A stretch of 62,729 nt of DNA, filler included, from Pirum gemmata (Eukaryota), in NCBI GenBank assembly GCA_002812295.1. It is 18 parts of 18 records of this genome, joined end to end, with 100 filler letters (N's around TTAATTAATTAA, not from the genome) between each part and the next. Parts side by side here need not be neighbours in the genome. Positions count along the whole stretch, not along the records: positions 1 to 3,040 come from PDIN01003573.1; positions 3,141 to 6,198 come from PDIN01003574.1; positions 6,299 to 9,356 come from PDIN01003575.1; positions 9,457 to 12,548 come from PDIN01003576.1; 14 more parts are not named here. One strand, written 5' to 3'. Within the stretch, counting starts at the first letter, position 1. The number at the start of each line of letters is the position of its first letter. Position numbers and translations under genes: made by a program. The notes below the pieces were generated by a model. That model did no database searches. It was not told where the DNA came from and was given only the letters and a program-made list of their open reading frames with translations. Shown here in pieces: positions 1 through 10,431 of this stretch.

Positions 1-62
1 CGGTCAAATACCACCTACCTACCTACCCCTTGACGTGACGTATTGTTTGAATGCTACCTTAG
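1..62 (-). mobile_element. Terminal part of dispersed repeat family A (GGTAGG-rich, MITE-like end)
   Basis: Reverse complement reads TAA-GGTAGCATTCAAACAATACGTCACGTCAAGGGGTAGGTAGG, matching copies at 5652-5752, 25593-25686 (-), 47906-48025 and 48351-48478. Confidence 0.65.
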
Positions 63-1431
63 GCTCGAATACCTTTGAATCATGAGAAACATTATCAAAT
101 ATAATAATTAAACTATAATTAATATATAGATTTGAATATTAGTAAGTTTGGTCACCATTTTGTTTTTGGCTTCTTATATCTTTTTATTATACAGTAATAG
201 TTGTTGTCTGATTGAAATTATATTTTTTAATAGCGCTTTTCATTTTTTTTTTTTTGACTTTTTTTTTTTTTCATTTTGAATTTTTTTTTGTTTTGTTTGT
301 GATGACAAAACAACTGAAAAGCACGATATATTTTACCATTGAATTGATTTACAAAACAAAAACTATGTCAATAACAAAATCAAATACAATATGATATTGA
401 TATTATTACATTGACCTTCTAAATATTATTAGTTATTATTCTACATACTTACTAATTACAATCAATAGTAATAGTATAAGTATTACGTAAATTGTAACTA
501 TCGAATGTATTATATAATAGTTTTTAAAAGTAAAGTTATTAATAAAACCTAATCTACTACTACTGAACTTTTTTAAAAAAAATTATAATAAGATAATAAT
601 TTTCATGGTAATAATTTTTTAAAAAAATTAATTAATATTCTTATAAGAAAGACAGACTTTTTACTGACTTTTTACTGACTTTTTGGCTTTTTGGGTATTT
701 GGATTTTATTTTAAATTTTCCTAGTTAGGATTTTTGAGTGTCCACTGCGAGAATCTCACTGGGGAATCTCAGAATCTCAAGTCAGGGAGAGGAGTGAGAC
801 TATAGAAATATTTCTTTTATTATAATTTATAAATGAATAATAATAATTATTATGATTAGAATTGATAGACTTTTAATTAATAATATTGTAAACTGATAAG
901 TCAAGAGTTCAAGAAACATTTTTGAAATGATAAATTTAATCTATATCTGATAAGCTTCTGATATGATATATAAATAATAATAAGAATAATAATAATAATA
1001 GAATACGTAACTTATTATACTAAAAAAGAATAACACAACAAATTTATCCTTTTATGATATCATATTATTTTCAAAAGATGCTCTGCAAAAAGGCAAAAAT
1101 GCTTGGTACATAAATTTGATAGTAGGCTAGACTATCTGATGGGAACATCAAAGTTTTAATGCTCAGATACTACTGCATAGTTCGTGATGAAGCATTGGAT
1201 GAAGACCTCATGATTAGGGTTAGCTGCCCGGCTGTGCTTTGGAAATTGGAACCGTAATATTGTTTATTTAGTATTAATTAATATCGCTTTTATTGGTTTT
1301 ATATGATATGTATATTAGTATAATATTGTTATAATATATATTATATAAAGCCTAGGTCTAATAGTTGAAAATTTTTAATATTAAAGCAAAAAAATTATTA
1401 TACAAATAATTTTAATATCATAACATGTCTA

Positions 1432-1620
1432 CCCTATCTTCTCAATCTGTAATTTGGTACTATTTAATTAAGTGTATAATTGAACTTTTTTATTAAATTC
1501 AACATTAAGTATAAAATACCTAATTAATTAAAACATATCTGATAGTTTAACTATAATAATAATTTTGGTACTTATATTTCAATTTTTGAACTGCACAACA
1601 ATATTGAAAAACACAATAGT
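1432..1620 (+). mobile_element. Dispersed repeat family C (MITE-like)
   Basis: Shares CTCAATCTxTAATTTGGTACT...AAGTGTATAATTGAACTTTTTT...ATTGAAAAACAC with 3174-3250, 19905-20058 (-), 25277-25408, 61214-61421 and 61568-61627. Confidence 0.65.
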
Positions 1621-2242
1621 ATTAATATATTTTATATATATTATTGCTATATTATTAATTAATATATATATTATATATATGAGACAGTTTATGAGACCTA
1701 CCTCCTACTACCAATAAAAAACCCGAAGATGGAAAAATCTGAACATGGAATTGAATCTAGGAGGGTATTTTTTGTCAACTAAGGCATCTAGATTGGTATT
1801 TTAAGCTCTTTAATCGACATTTTAAGACTTTAATTAAAGCCATCGTTTGAATCGATATTTTTTTTTATCCTTTATTTTGCTCAAAAAAAAAAAAAAAAAA
1901 AAAAGATCCGGGAAAAAAAATGAAAATTATGTTTCAACCTAGCTATTAAAGATAGAATTCTTAGTATAATAGAACAAAAGCAACAAGAACAATTAGTAAT
2001 TTAATTAGCGATTCCTATATAGAATATGAAAATATGTATCTGTCATACTTGGACTTATTATTATGTTAAATTACCAAATTTTGAAAATGATTATAAAGGT
2101 ACCCCCCTCATATTGGTTAAAAGAAGTAATAGTCAAATTCCCAATCAAAGAAAAAGAACAAATTATGGAATGGATAAAAATAACAAAATTGGTATAAGCG
2201 AAGAAAAATAATAGAATTAGTATATATTTTTTTCCCATAGAG

Positions 2243-2977
2243 TTAAATGATCTTTTAATAACAAGGATTATCATGAAATTGTATATTACAATAATAAGAA
2301 AACAACAACAGTTAAGAAATAACTATATTTTCTGTACGAAAATAGTTCAGATTATTAAAAGAAGCCGATCTAATGGATTCTTCTAAATAATCATACAACA
2401 ATCTTATCGTTTCTAAACTAGGCTCACCTGTGAATTTCAAACATAACTTGTTATTATTATCAAGAATGTCCAAAAACACTTTGGCTTTTGTTTTGCCGTT
2501 ACTAGGAAAAAATTGTGAATAATCTTGGTATATGTGATCAAAGTCCGAGTGAGACCCAAAATTTTCATCTATAAGGAAGCTTAGAGTACTGTGTAAGTGT
2601 AATAGTTCTTTCTTTTCTAGTGTTGCTCTACTATTCCAATTTTCTAGGGCCTATGTAAACCTTTTATGGTAGGGTGTTAACCGCTTTACAGAATTATTAA
2701 CTGAAGGGCTTATAATTGGGAAGGTTAATTATTGTGGAAAATTATTATCGGAAGTAGAAGAGTTAGACCCTGGGTTTTTACAATTATTTTGTATTAATGG
2801 AGTGAGATTTTTGTGTGGTGGAAATGGTGTAAATCTAGTAAGTTGGTTTTTGATTAACAATGGAGTTTGATTTTCTTGTGCTGGAGTAATTCTAGGAAGT
2901 TGGTTTCTGATCAACACTTGCTTAGCACCGTGGTCTTTCATTTGGTTTTCTGAAAACTGAAAAGTGATGTTTCGCAA
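2243..2977 (-). pseudogene. Probable decayed coding sequence of unknown product
   Basis: One reading frame runs from 2977 to beyond 2312 with few stops (TAA 2729, TAG 2651, TAA 2312). It includes about 110 stop-free codons (ALENWNSRATLEKKELLHLHSTLSFLIDENFGSHSDF...) and three L(L)IxNQ/NN-type repeats at the 5' end. Confidence 0.4.
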
Positions 2978-3008
2978 TGGGCAATCTTAGTTGTGGTGGT
3001 GGTTTACA

Positions 3009-3040
<32 letters not shown>

Positions 3041-3140
3041 NNNNNNNNNNNNNNNNNNNNNNNNNNNNNNNNNNNNNNNNNNNNTTAATTAATTAANNNN
3101 NNNNNNNNNNNNNNNNNNNNNNNNNNNNNNNNNNNNNNNN
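3041..3140. other. Artificial contig-joining spacer N44-TTAATTAATTAA-N44 (first of 17)
   Basis: The same 100-nt spacer recurs at about 6199, 9357, 12549, 15708, 18873, 23371, 26565, 31311, 34501, 37635, 40790, 43957, 47120, 50307, 53477 and 56608. TTAATTAATTAA places stops in all six frames. Confidence 0.97.
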
Positions 3141-3319
3141 CTAACCCTAACCCTGACATTGTATCATGTGACTTATCGTCTATTTCATTACAGTTGTCTT
3201 TTCAATCTTTAATTTGGTACTGTTTAAGTGTATAATTGCACTTTTTTATAAAATAAAATAAAATAAAATAAAATAAAATAAAATAAAATAAAATAAAATA
3301 AAATAAAATTAAATTAAAA

Positions 3320-5429
3320 ATGATTAAGGCAAATATATTATGCTTTGTCATAGCTACTAGTTCGGCCTTGGGGTATTTTAAATTTGAGGATTATCCTATG
3401 AAAATACCCAGTGCATTCGAAATCCCCAACTTACCACAGCTATCACCTCCACCCCAAAAGCAACCCTTCGTAAACGTTGCAAACACATCGCCGTTATGGG
3501 ATGACAGTCAAATTATGCAAATTGATTTCAGCACGAAGACCGCGCTAACCAAAGACAAACAGTATCATAATGGCACCATTACGATCAAAACTGCTGATGG
3601 AAATTCCTTTGTAGATAATGATGTATCAGTAAGATTAACTGGGGATAATTCTCTGCGAAGACGTTTGAAAAATTTTTATTTTAAAACAAAGAAAGGTAAC
3701 CCAGAATTTTTCGGAGAATGGGATCGATTCAGTTTGAAAAAATCAGTATTAGATTATTCTGGCATAAGGGAAAAAATCGGTAGTGACATTATGATTTCGA
3801 TGGGTTATCTTCCTCGCCAAGTATCTTTTGCTGCAGTTAGAGAAAATGGTAATTTCTTGGGTATTTATCAAGTTATGCAACGAATGAGAAAGCAATGGGT
3901 TAAACGTACATTTGGCAACGATGCACTAACTGGTAAACAAGGATCACAATACAAAGGAAAACGAGGCAATTTTCGTGATAATGTTAACGAGCAAAGCAAA
4001 CCTAAAGATTTGCAATCCCCTTTTGAAAAGGTATATGCGAATAAAGAACAATGCGGGGTTGACCTAGATGGGAAAGCTCTGGCGCATGTGGATCTTTTAG
4101 AATTCGCCTTAAAAGTGAAAGAGTTGGCGAATATTCCGACTGCGCAATTTAGTGAAGCAAATAAGGAAACGTTACGTAACTTGGTTGATTACGAAACTTT
4201 TGCTCGGGCTGCAGCATTGGCTTTTTATTCTGGTGATCAAGATGGGTATTTTTTTAATCAGCAAGCGAATTTTGAATGGTACCATGATATTTTGGATGGA
4301 AAATGGAAGTTATTGAAATGGTTAGTATAAATATTTATAAATAGGATTATTATTATTTATTTTTTTATTAAATTTTATTATTTATTATTTAAATTTTATT
4401 ATTTATTATTTATTATTTATTATTTATTATTTATTATTTATTATTATTACTATTATTATTATTATATATTATTATTAGTATCATATATTATTATAATTAT
4501 TATTATTATATATTATTATTATTATTATTGGTTTTATTCTTTGTCGTTTCTGTATTATTATTATTATTGGTTTTATTCTTTGTCGTTTCTTTATTATTAA
4601 TTAATATTATATTAATAACAACAAAAACAAAATACCATTTTATCTTTACACTAACAGGGACATAGATGATGGCTTCGAATGGCCTGTGTACAACGACGAC
4701 CGCTTATTCACTTTATATTCCAAAAATGAAGGCAACCACGTGGATGTGGTAGTGGAAGCGTGTCTAAAAGATGAGCAATATAAAGTATTATATCAAAGCA
4801 TCCTTCATACTATGGCTACGCAAGTTTTACCACCATATGAATATGCAGATGATATAAAAAATGACAGACCATTATCCGAAAAACCTTCTTGGGTGAAAAG
4901 ATGGGGAACTTTTATTAAATTTTATATCGAAAACGATAGGTCTGTAGTCCCCAACTATGGCTTTCCCGACGACCAGCCTATGGCCTCGAATCCAGATGGA
5001 ACCTTTGAATCAATCGATCACTGGCTTGGTTCTAGCTTTCCGTATGTGAAAAGTGAAGACGGCACTGAAAATATATGGTATCGGTATTTTTCACATCGAG
5101 AGCAAATTCAAACTATCTGGAGAATGGAGGATAAGAGTAACGGACCATTACGAGGTATCATTGATAGGTCTAAACAAGTAATTATAATGGCAGAAGCTCA
5201 AAACTGGGAATTGATTAATGTAGTCAAACCACCATTGCCTTCAGTAACAGCAACCCAAGTTATTCCATTTCCAACCGTAGCTATACCACCGTTAACATCA
5301 ACAACAACACAGCCTACACGTTCTAATGATAATAATGATAATTCCGCTGTAGGTGAAGGTAACTCTGCCATTTTGCTATTACCATCATTATTTGTATTGG
5401 TTGGGTCAACAATGTACTTATTATTTTAA
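3320..5429 (+). CDS. Secreted, probably GPI-anchored CotH-family atypical kinase-like protein; join(3320..4320,4658..5429), 590 aa
   Basis: N-terminal signal peptide. CotH-like motifs: VRLTGDNSLRRRLKNFYFK, DYSGIRE, NGNFLGIY, DQDGY...NFEWY. Splicing of GTTAGT(4321)...CTAACAG(4657) restores KW|DID (cf. CotH PWDxD) in frame with the 4686 ORF. Followed by a Pro/Thr stalk and hydrophobic C-terminal tail. Confidence 0.85.
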
Positions 5430-5535
5430 CAAAAATGATTATACTATTTCATATAATAAAAGAAAGAAAAGATATATTATATTACATGGATGCATGCTTT
5501 CACACGTTTATAAAATAAAAAATTATAATTGGTCT

Positions 5536-5594
5536 GTTAGGGTTAGGGTTAGGGTTAGGGTTAGGGTTAGGGTTAGGGTTAGGGTTAGGGTTAG
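5536..5594 (+). repeat. Interstitial telomere-type (TTAGGG)n tract (representative)
   Basis: Perfect GGGTTA hexamers. Similar tracts in both orientations at 6142-6198, 10077-10300, 19143-19226, 20514-20760, 24790-24918, 28315-28405, 31208-31310 and 51361-51483. Confidence 0.9.
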
Positions 5595-5651
5595 TCGAGA
5601 GACAGACAGTTAGAGTATAGTAGAGTATAACAGTCTTAGTATGAATTATGA

Positions 5652-5752
5652 GGGAACGTTCAAATAATACGTCACGTCACGGGGTAGGTAGGTAGGTGGT
5701 ATTTGACAGGGAAATTACCGTCGAGGGGTAGGTGGGTAGGGGTATTTGAGCT
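5652..5752 (+). mobile_element. Family A repeat copy
   Basis: GGGAACGTTCAAATAATACGTCACGTCACGGGGTAGGTAGGTAGGTGGTATTTGA..., near-identical to 47906-48000. Confidence 0.7.
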
Positions 5753-5806
5753 GATAAACGATTTTTTCAGATTCATTATGATTTGTAGGCTCTAGTTAGC
5801 TAGCTA

Positions 5807-6002
5807 GGCCTCTCTCAATTCTGCTCAAGCCCGAAAACTCGAATTTCTGCTGTCAAAAATAAGCCAAAATTCAGCTCTGTTTGAAAATTATTTTTCCCAT
5901 TTTTTTCGGATTTAATTGTAAGCTCAAAATTTCGAACTTATTAATTAATCAATAGGCTTGAAAACTCGGTTTTTAAAAAAAGGAAGCAGAATTGGAGAAA
6001 CC
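5807..6002 (+). mobile_element. MITE family D (terminal inverted repeats, TA-flanked)
   Basis: Left GGCCTCTCTCAATTCTGCT and right AGCAGAATTGGAGAAACC are imperfect inverted repeats, with TA on both flanks. Second copy at about 48531-48736. Confidence 0.75.
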
Positions 6003-8254
6003 TAATGATTTGTTTTTATGAATTTTATGACTCACAAAAAATTCTTAACATTGGCAAATGAAAATTGTTCATCAAGAATTTTTGAAAATTTCAAAAAGCA
6101 AAATCAAAAGGAAGTATCAAGGAATACCCAATTAATTATAGCCCTAACCCTAACCCTAACCCCTAACCCCTAACCCTAACCCTAACCCTAACCCTAACNN
6201 NNNNNNNNNNNNNNNNNNNNNNNNNNNNNNNNNNNNNNNNNNTTAATTAATTAANNNNNNNNNNNNNNNNNNNNNNNNNNNNNNNNNNNNNNNNNNNNTG
6301 TAATAATACACGAATGATTGTTTTGTTATATTGTTACTTTGTATTATATTTCTAATTTAAGTAATTTTACTTTAAATTAGTTATTGGATGATATTGATTG
6401 ATTTCGTAAATCAATACCCAAGGTTATCCAAAGTGTTTGGTGTCAATAGATTATTGGAAGATTTTATGATATGTAGTTATTAATTAATTGTTTATAATAA
6501 TAATTATGATAGTTAATTATTGTTTTTATAATTAAGTTGTTTTTATAATTTCATTTTTTATTATGGTAATATTGATTTTATTACATGATAAAAAAAAGCA
6601 TAAATATAATTGTTAATTTTTTGAAAATGAAAAAATTTAACTAACAACTACTGGAAATCATAAAAGTAAAAAATACCTCAATCTCTTCAAATTTATACAA
6701 TTTAAATTATATTAATATATACGTATAAAATAATTTAAAAATATAATACATCAAATAACAGCACTAGTCCTAGTAGTCCATCTAACCTTTTCTGTATACG
6801 TAGTAAGGCATTATTGGATATACGGAGTATTAGTAATTTGAATACTTACTGATTGTATGTAATTGAATTCGTAATGGATTAAAGTTAACGAATTAGGGCT
6901 AGGGTTATCATTACAGTTGGATTAAAAACCGTTAGGATTAGGGTTAATGTTATGATTGGGGTTATGCTTTTAAGGTTAAAATTAATGTCAACATGTTGTA
7001 GTGTTATGGTTAATTTGGCAAGCTTTAAAATTTAATTAATATTATTCAGATTAGCGTTTTGGATAATAATAATAATAAAATAATAACAATAATTAATTAA
7101 AACTGAAATAAAATAAAAAAAGTTATTAAATTAATATTTTGCATTCTAATGCATATGGATAATGTTTTTTTAAATATATATAATTATTATTAAATGTGAT
7201 TAGTGATTTACAAACTTATAGGTACTATTAACTTTCCTTCTCACTCATAGTACAATTCTTCGTGATCTAAACCATAGCTCATGGTCATTAAAGCCAAAAA
7301 GAATATTGTCAATAAATTATAATGTTTAATTAAAACCTTTTTAGTATGATACCATTAATTTTCTTCTTTTTATTATTAACATTTTGGACTATTTTGGCTG
7401 GTTTTCCAGTTTTTTTCAAAAAGAATATCAAGAGCGTAAAGTATGGTGATAAAACTGCATAAAAAATTACTTGAACGAAAAAACCAGAAGAGTCCTTATA
7501 AATCAATCCCATCATCAACAGATCAATTGGTATTCTATTTTCAAATTAGCCACTATGATGAGTTCTAAAAACCCAACGATAACACTACTTCTTTTATGTT
7601 TCGCGATATGATGTATGATGAAGCTGATTGGGCATTTTTTAAAAATGATCAAGATAACGAGAAAGTTATACTAAGTATCAAGCGATTAAGAGAAAGTACT
7701 AAAAGTATCTGGTTGCATAGAGTAGTACTCATAGTATGACATTGTATCAATACAAGTACAAGTACATGGCATTGTATAATAATAAAATATTATATTATTA
7801 ATATGTAATTATTTTATTAAAAAATATTAATTTATTTTAATAACACTGAAGATTATTATATATAATTAACAAGGGTTGGGGTTGGGGTTAAAGTTAGGGT
7901 TAACGAGTTAGGTTTAATTAAGATTAGGTTAAGAAGATTAGGGTTAAGATTAGGGTTTTAAAAGGTTATGGCTAAGGCTATTAGAGTATTATTTTTATAA
8001 TTATATATATTACAATAATATTATTAATATTATTGTTCCCCGTGTAAGTTCGTGCAAGCACAACAAAATGGGAAGACTTAAAAAATTATATATTATTTAT
8101 TTATTATTATTATTATTAATATTATTATTATTATTATTATTTTGATTATTATATTATTATTATTATTAACATTAATTAATATTAGCATTATTTTTATTTT
8201 TATTATTTATATTATTATTACTAGTCTATTATTATTATTATTAGTAGACCCAGA

Positions 8255-8590
8255 CCGGGGGGTCTAGCTAGCTAGTAACTCTAGCTAGCTATCATAGCTA
8301 CTCTAGCTAGCTATCATGGCTACTCTAGCTAGCTATCATAGCTACTCTAGCTAGCTATCATAGCTACTCTAGCTAGCTATCTGATAGCTAGCTAGCTAGA
8401 CATACAGGCCGGTAGTAGCTAGCCAGCCAGCCAGCTAGCTAGTAGGGGTCTAGCTAGCTAGGGGGTCTAGCTAGTAGCTAGTATTGATAGGGGTCTAGCT
8501 ATCGATAGCTACTAGCTAGCTCCAGTCCAGACCGAGCTAGCTAGCTAGGTAGAGTAGCAGGTATGAATAACCGTATGATAGTAGCTATCG
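8255..8590. repeat. CTAG/AGCT-rich tandem repeat (~21-nt unit CTCTAGCTAGCTATCATAGCTA)
   Basis: About 5 tandem copies at 8279-8381 inside a longer TAGC-rich tract. Confidence 0.85.
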
Positions 8591-8778
8591 ATGAACACAA
8601 AACAAAATTAAATTTTTTTGGAGTGGCAAGGACAGCTGCAAGGACGATACATAAAGTATACATAATAATATTATGACATATAATGATAATTATCAATATA
8701 ACTAAACACACTAGGAAAAAATAAAATAATTAAGTAAAAACAAACCAACACCACCTTCAGAACCAAAACACGTTCAAA

Positions 8779-8960
8779 CCCCAACCTCCACCCCCAACCT
8801 CCACCTCCAACCTCCATCCCCAACCTCCACCTCCAACCTCCATCCCCAAACTCCATCCCCAGCCTCAACCCCAGCCCCAACCCCCAACCTCCATCCTTAA
8901 CCTCAACCCCCACCCCGACCTCCATCCCCGACCTCCATCCCCAACCTCCATCCCTAACCA
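8779..8960. repeat. C-rich hexamer minisatellite (CCCCAA/CCTCCA variants)
   Basis: Degenerate tandem hexamers seen directly. Confidence 0.8.
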
Positions 8961-9107
8961 TAGATTTCTTAAAAATAAAATAAAATAAAATGGTTAACAT
9001 CGATCCAAGTTTAAAGAAACATACCATTCTTTTAATACAAAAAGAAAAGGAAGCAACAACTAGGATATGGGGCGACTATGATGACATAATAGCTGCTATT
9101 GTTGGTT

Positions 9108-9295
9108 AATATTGTGTGTATTTTATTTGTGTCTATATTATTTGTTTGTGTATTATTTGTGTGTATATTATTTGTTTGTGTATTATTTGTGTGTATATTA
9201 TTTGTGTCTACATTATTTGTGTGTATATTATTTGAGTGTATATTATTTGTGTGTATATTATTTGTGTGCATGTTATTTGTATATATTATTATTTG
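9108..9295. repeat. 15-bp tandem minisatellite (TATTATTTGTGTGTA), about 12 copies
   Basis: Seen directly. It produces the spurious HTNNI/ILFVC ORFs. Confidence 0.9.
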
Positions 9296-10431
9296 GATTT
9301 TATTTTAGTGTTTAACTTGGTTCTTGGTTCTGATTGTTCTTTTTTTATTGATATATNNNNNNNNNNNNNNNNNNNNNNNNNNNNNNNNNNNNNNNNNNNN
9401 TTAATTAATTAANNNNNNNNNNNNNNNNNNNNNNNNNNNNNNNNNNNNNNNNNNNNTTCCTGAATTGGAAGTAAAGAAGAAAATCAAAGATGAATTGATC
9501 AAGTGCTTGGGTTCAGACATTGATATTTCTAATCATTGGGATTGGTTGAAGCAACAGTAAAAATTCTTATTTTTATAAATATAATTATATGTAATGTGAA
9601 CGAAAATAAAATATTATTATTTTAATTATAATATTATTATATATTAATATTTTAATTAATTGGTTTTTTATTTAAAAATGTTTCTAAAACAAATCAGGTT
9701 GATATTTGTTATTATTATTATTATTATTGTTATTTTTTCATTATTAATAATATTATTATTACTATTATTAATATTTGTTTATTATTATTATTATTATATT
9801 ATTAATATTAATTATATTATTATTGTTATTGTTATTTTTTCATATAATTTACCCGTAGTCTACATAATAAAAAATACCAAAATAATAATATATAAATCTT
9901 TTTGATGCAATTTAAATATTTTGGTGGTTTTTAATTAATTGAGTTGAAATAATCAAATTTATATAATATTATGTTTCAATTACCAAATAAATAATTATAA
10001 TATTATGTAATTATATACTTAGTGTGATAATAAAAATGAAAAGCAGAATGCTTTTTTTATAAATTTGTTTTTGAACGGTTAGGGTTAGGGTTAGGGTAAT
10101 TAGGGTTAAGGTTAGGGTTAAGGTTAAGGTAATTAGGGTTAGGGTTAAGGTTAGGATTAAGGTTATGTTTATGGTTTTAATTAGGATTATTGGTTATGGT
10201 TAGGATTAGCGTTAGCGTTAGCGTTAGCGTTAGCGTTAGCGTTAGCGTTAGGGTTGAGGGTTAAGGTTAAGGGTTAGGTTAGGGTTAGGGTTAGGGGTAG
10301 GCCTAGGTTAAATTTGGATGATTAAGATTATAAAAGATTTCGTCAGATTTTGAGCTCATATGACAGATTTTGCAATTTTATTCGACATGGGCGGTTGTTA
10401 ATTAAGTAAAAAATTAATTTAATTGATTTAA

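Noticed and set aside
2243..2977. Alternative genetic code (TAA/TAG = Gln)
   Set aside because: Conserved genes (cathepsin C, YSL, CotH, kinase) have no in-frame TAA/TAG, end in TAA and use CAA for Gln.
3141..5594. CotH gene between (CCCTAA)n and (TTAGGG)n, like a ciliate nanochromosome
   Set aside because: Sequence continues past the right tract into MITEs, and such tracts occur throughout the window in both orientations.
7200..7620. Coding-like minus-strand fragments
   Set aside because: Multiple stops, no recognisable motif and no consistent splice model.
8671..9905. Short ORFs with GWG, HTNNI, ILFVC or poly-I/Y repeats
   Set aside because: These are translations of minisatellites and AT-rich microsatellites.
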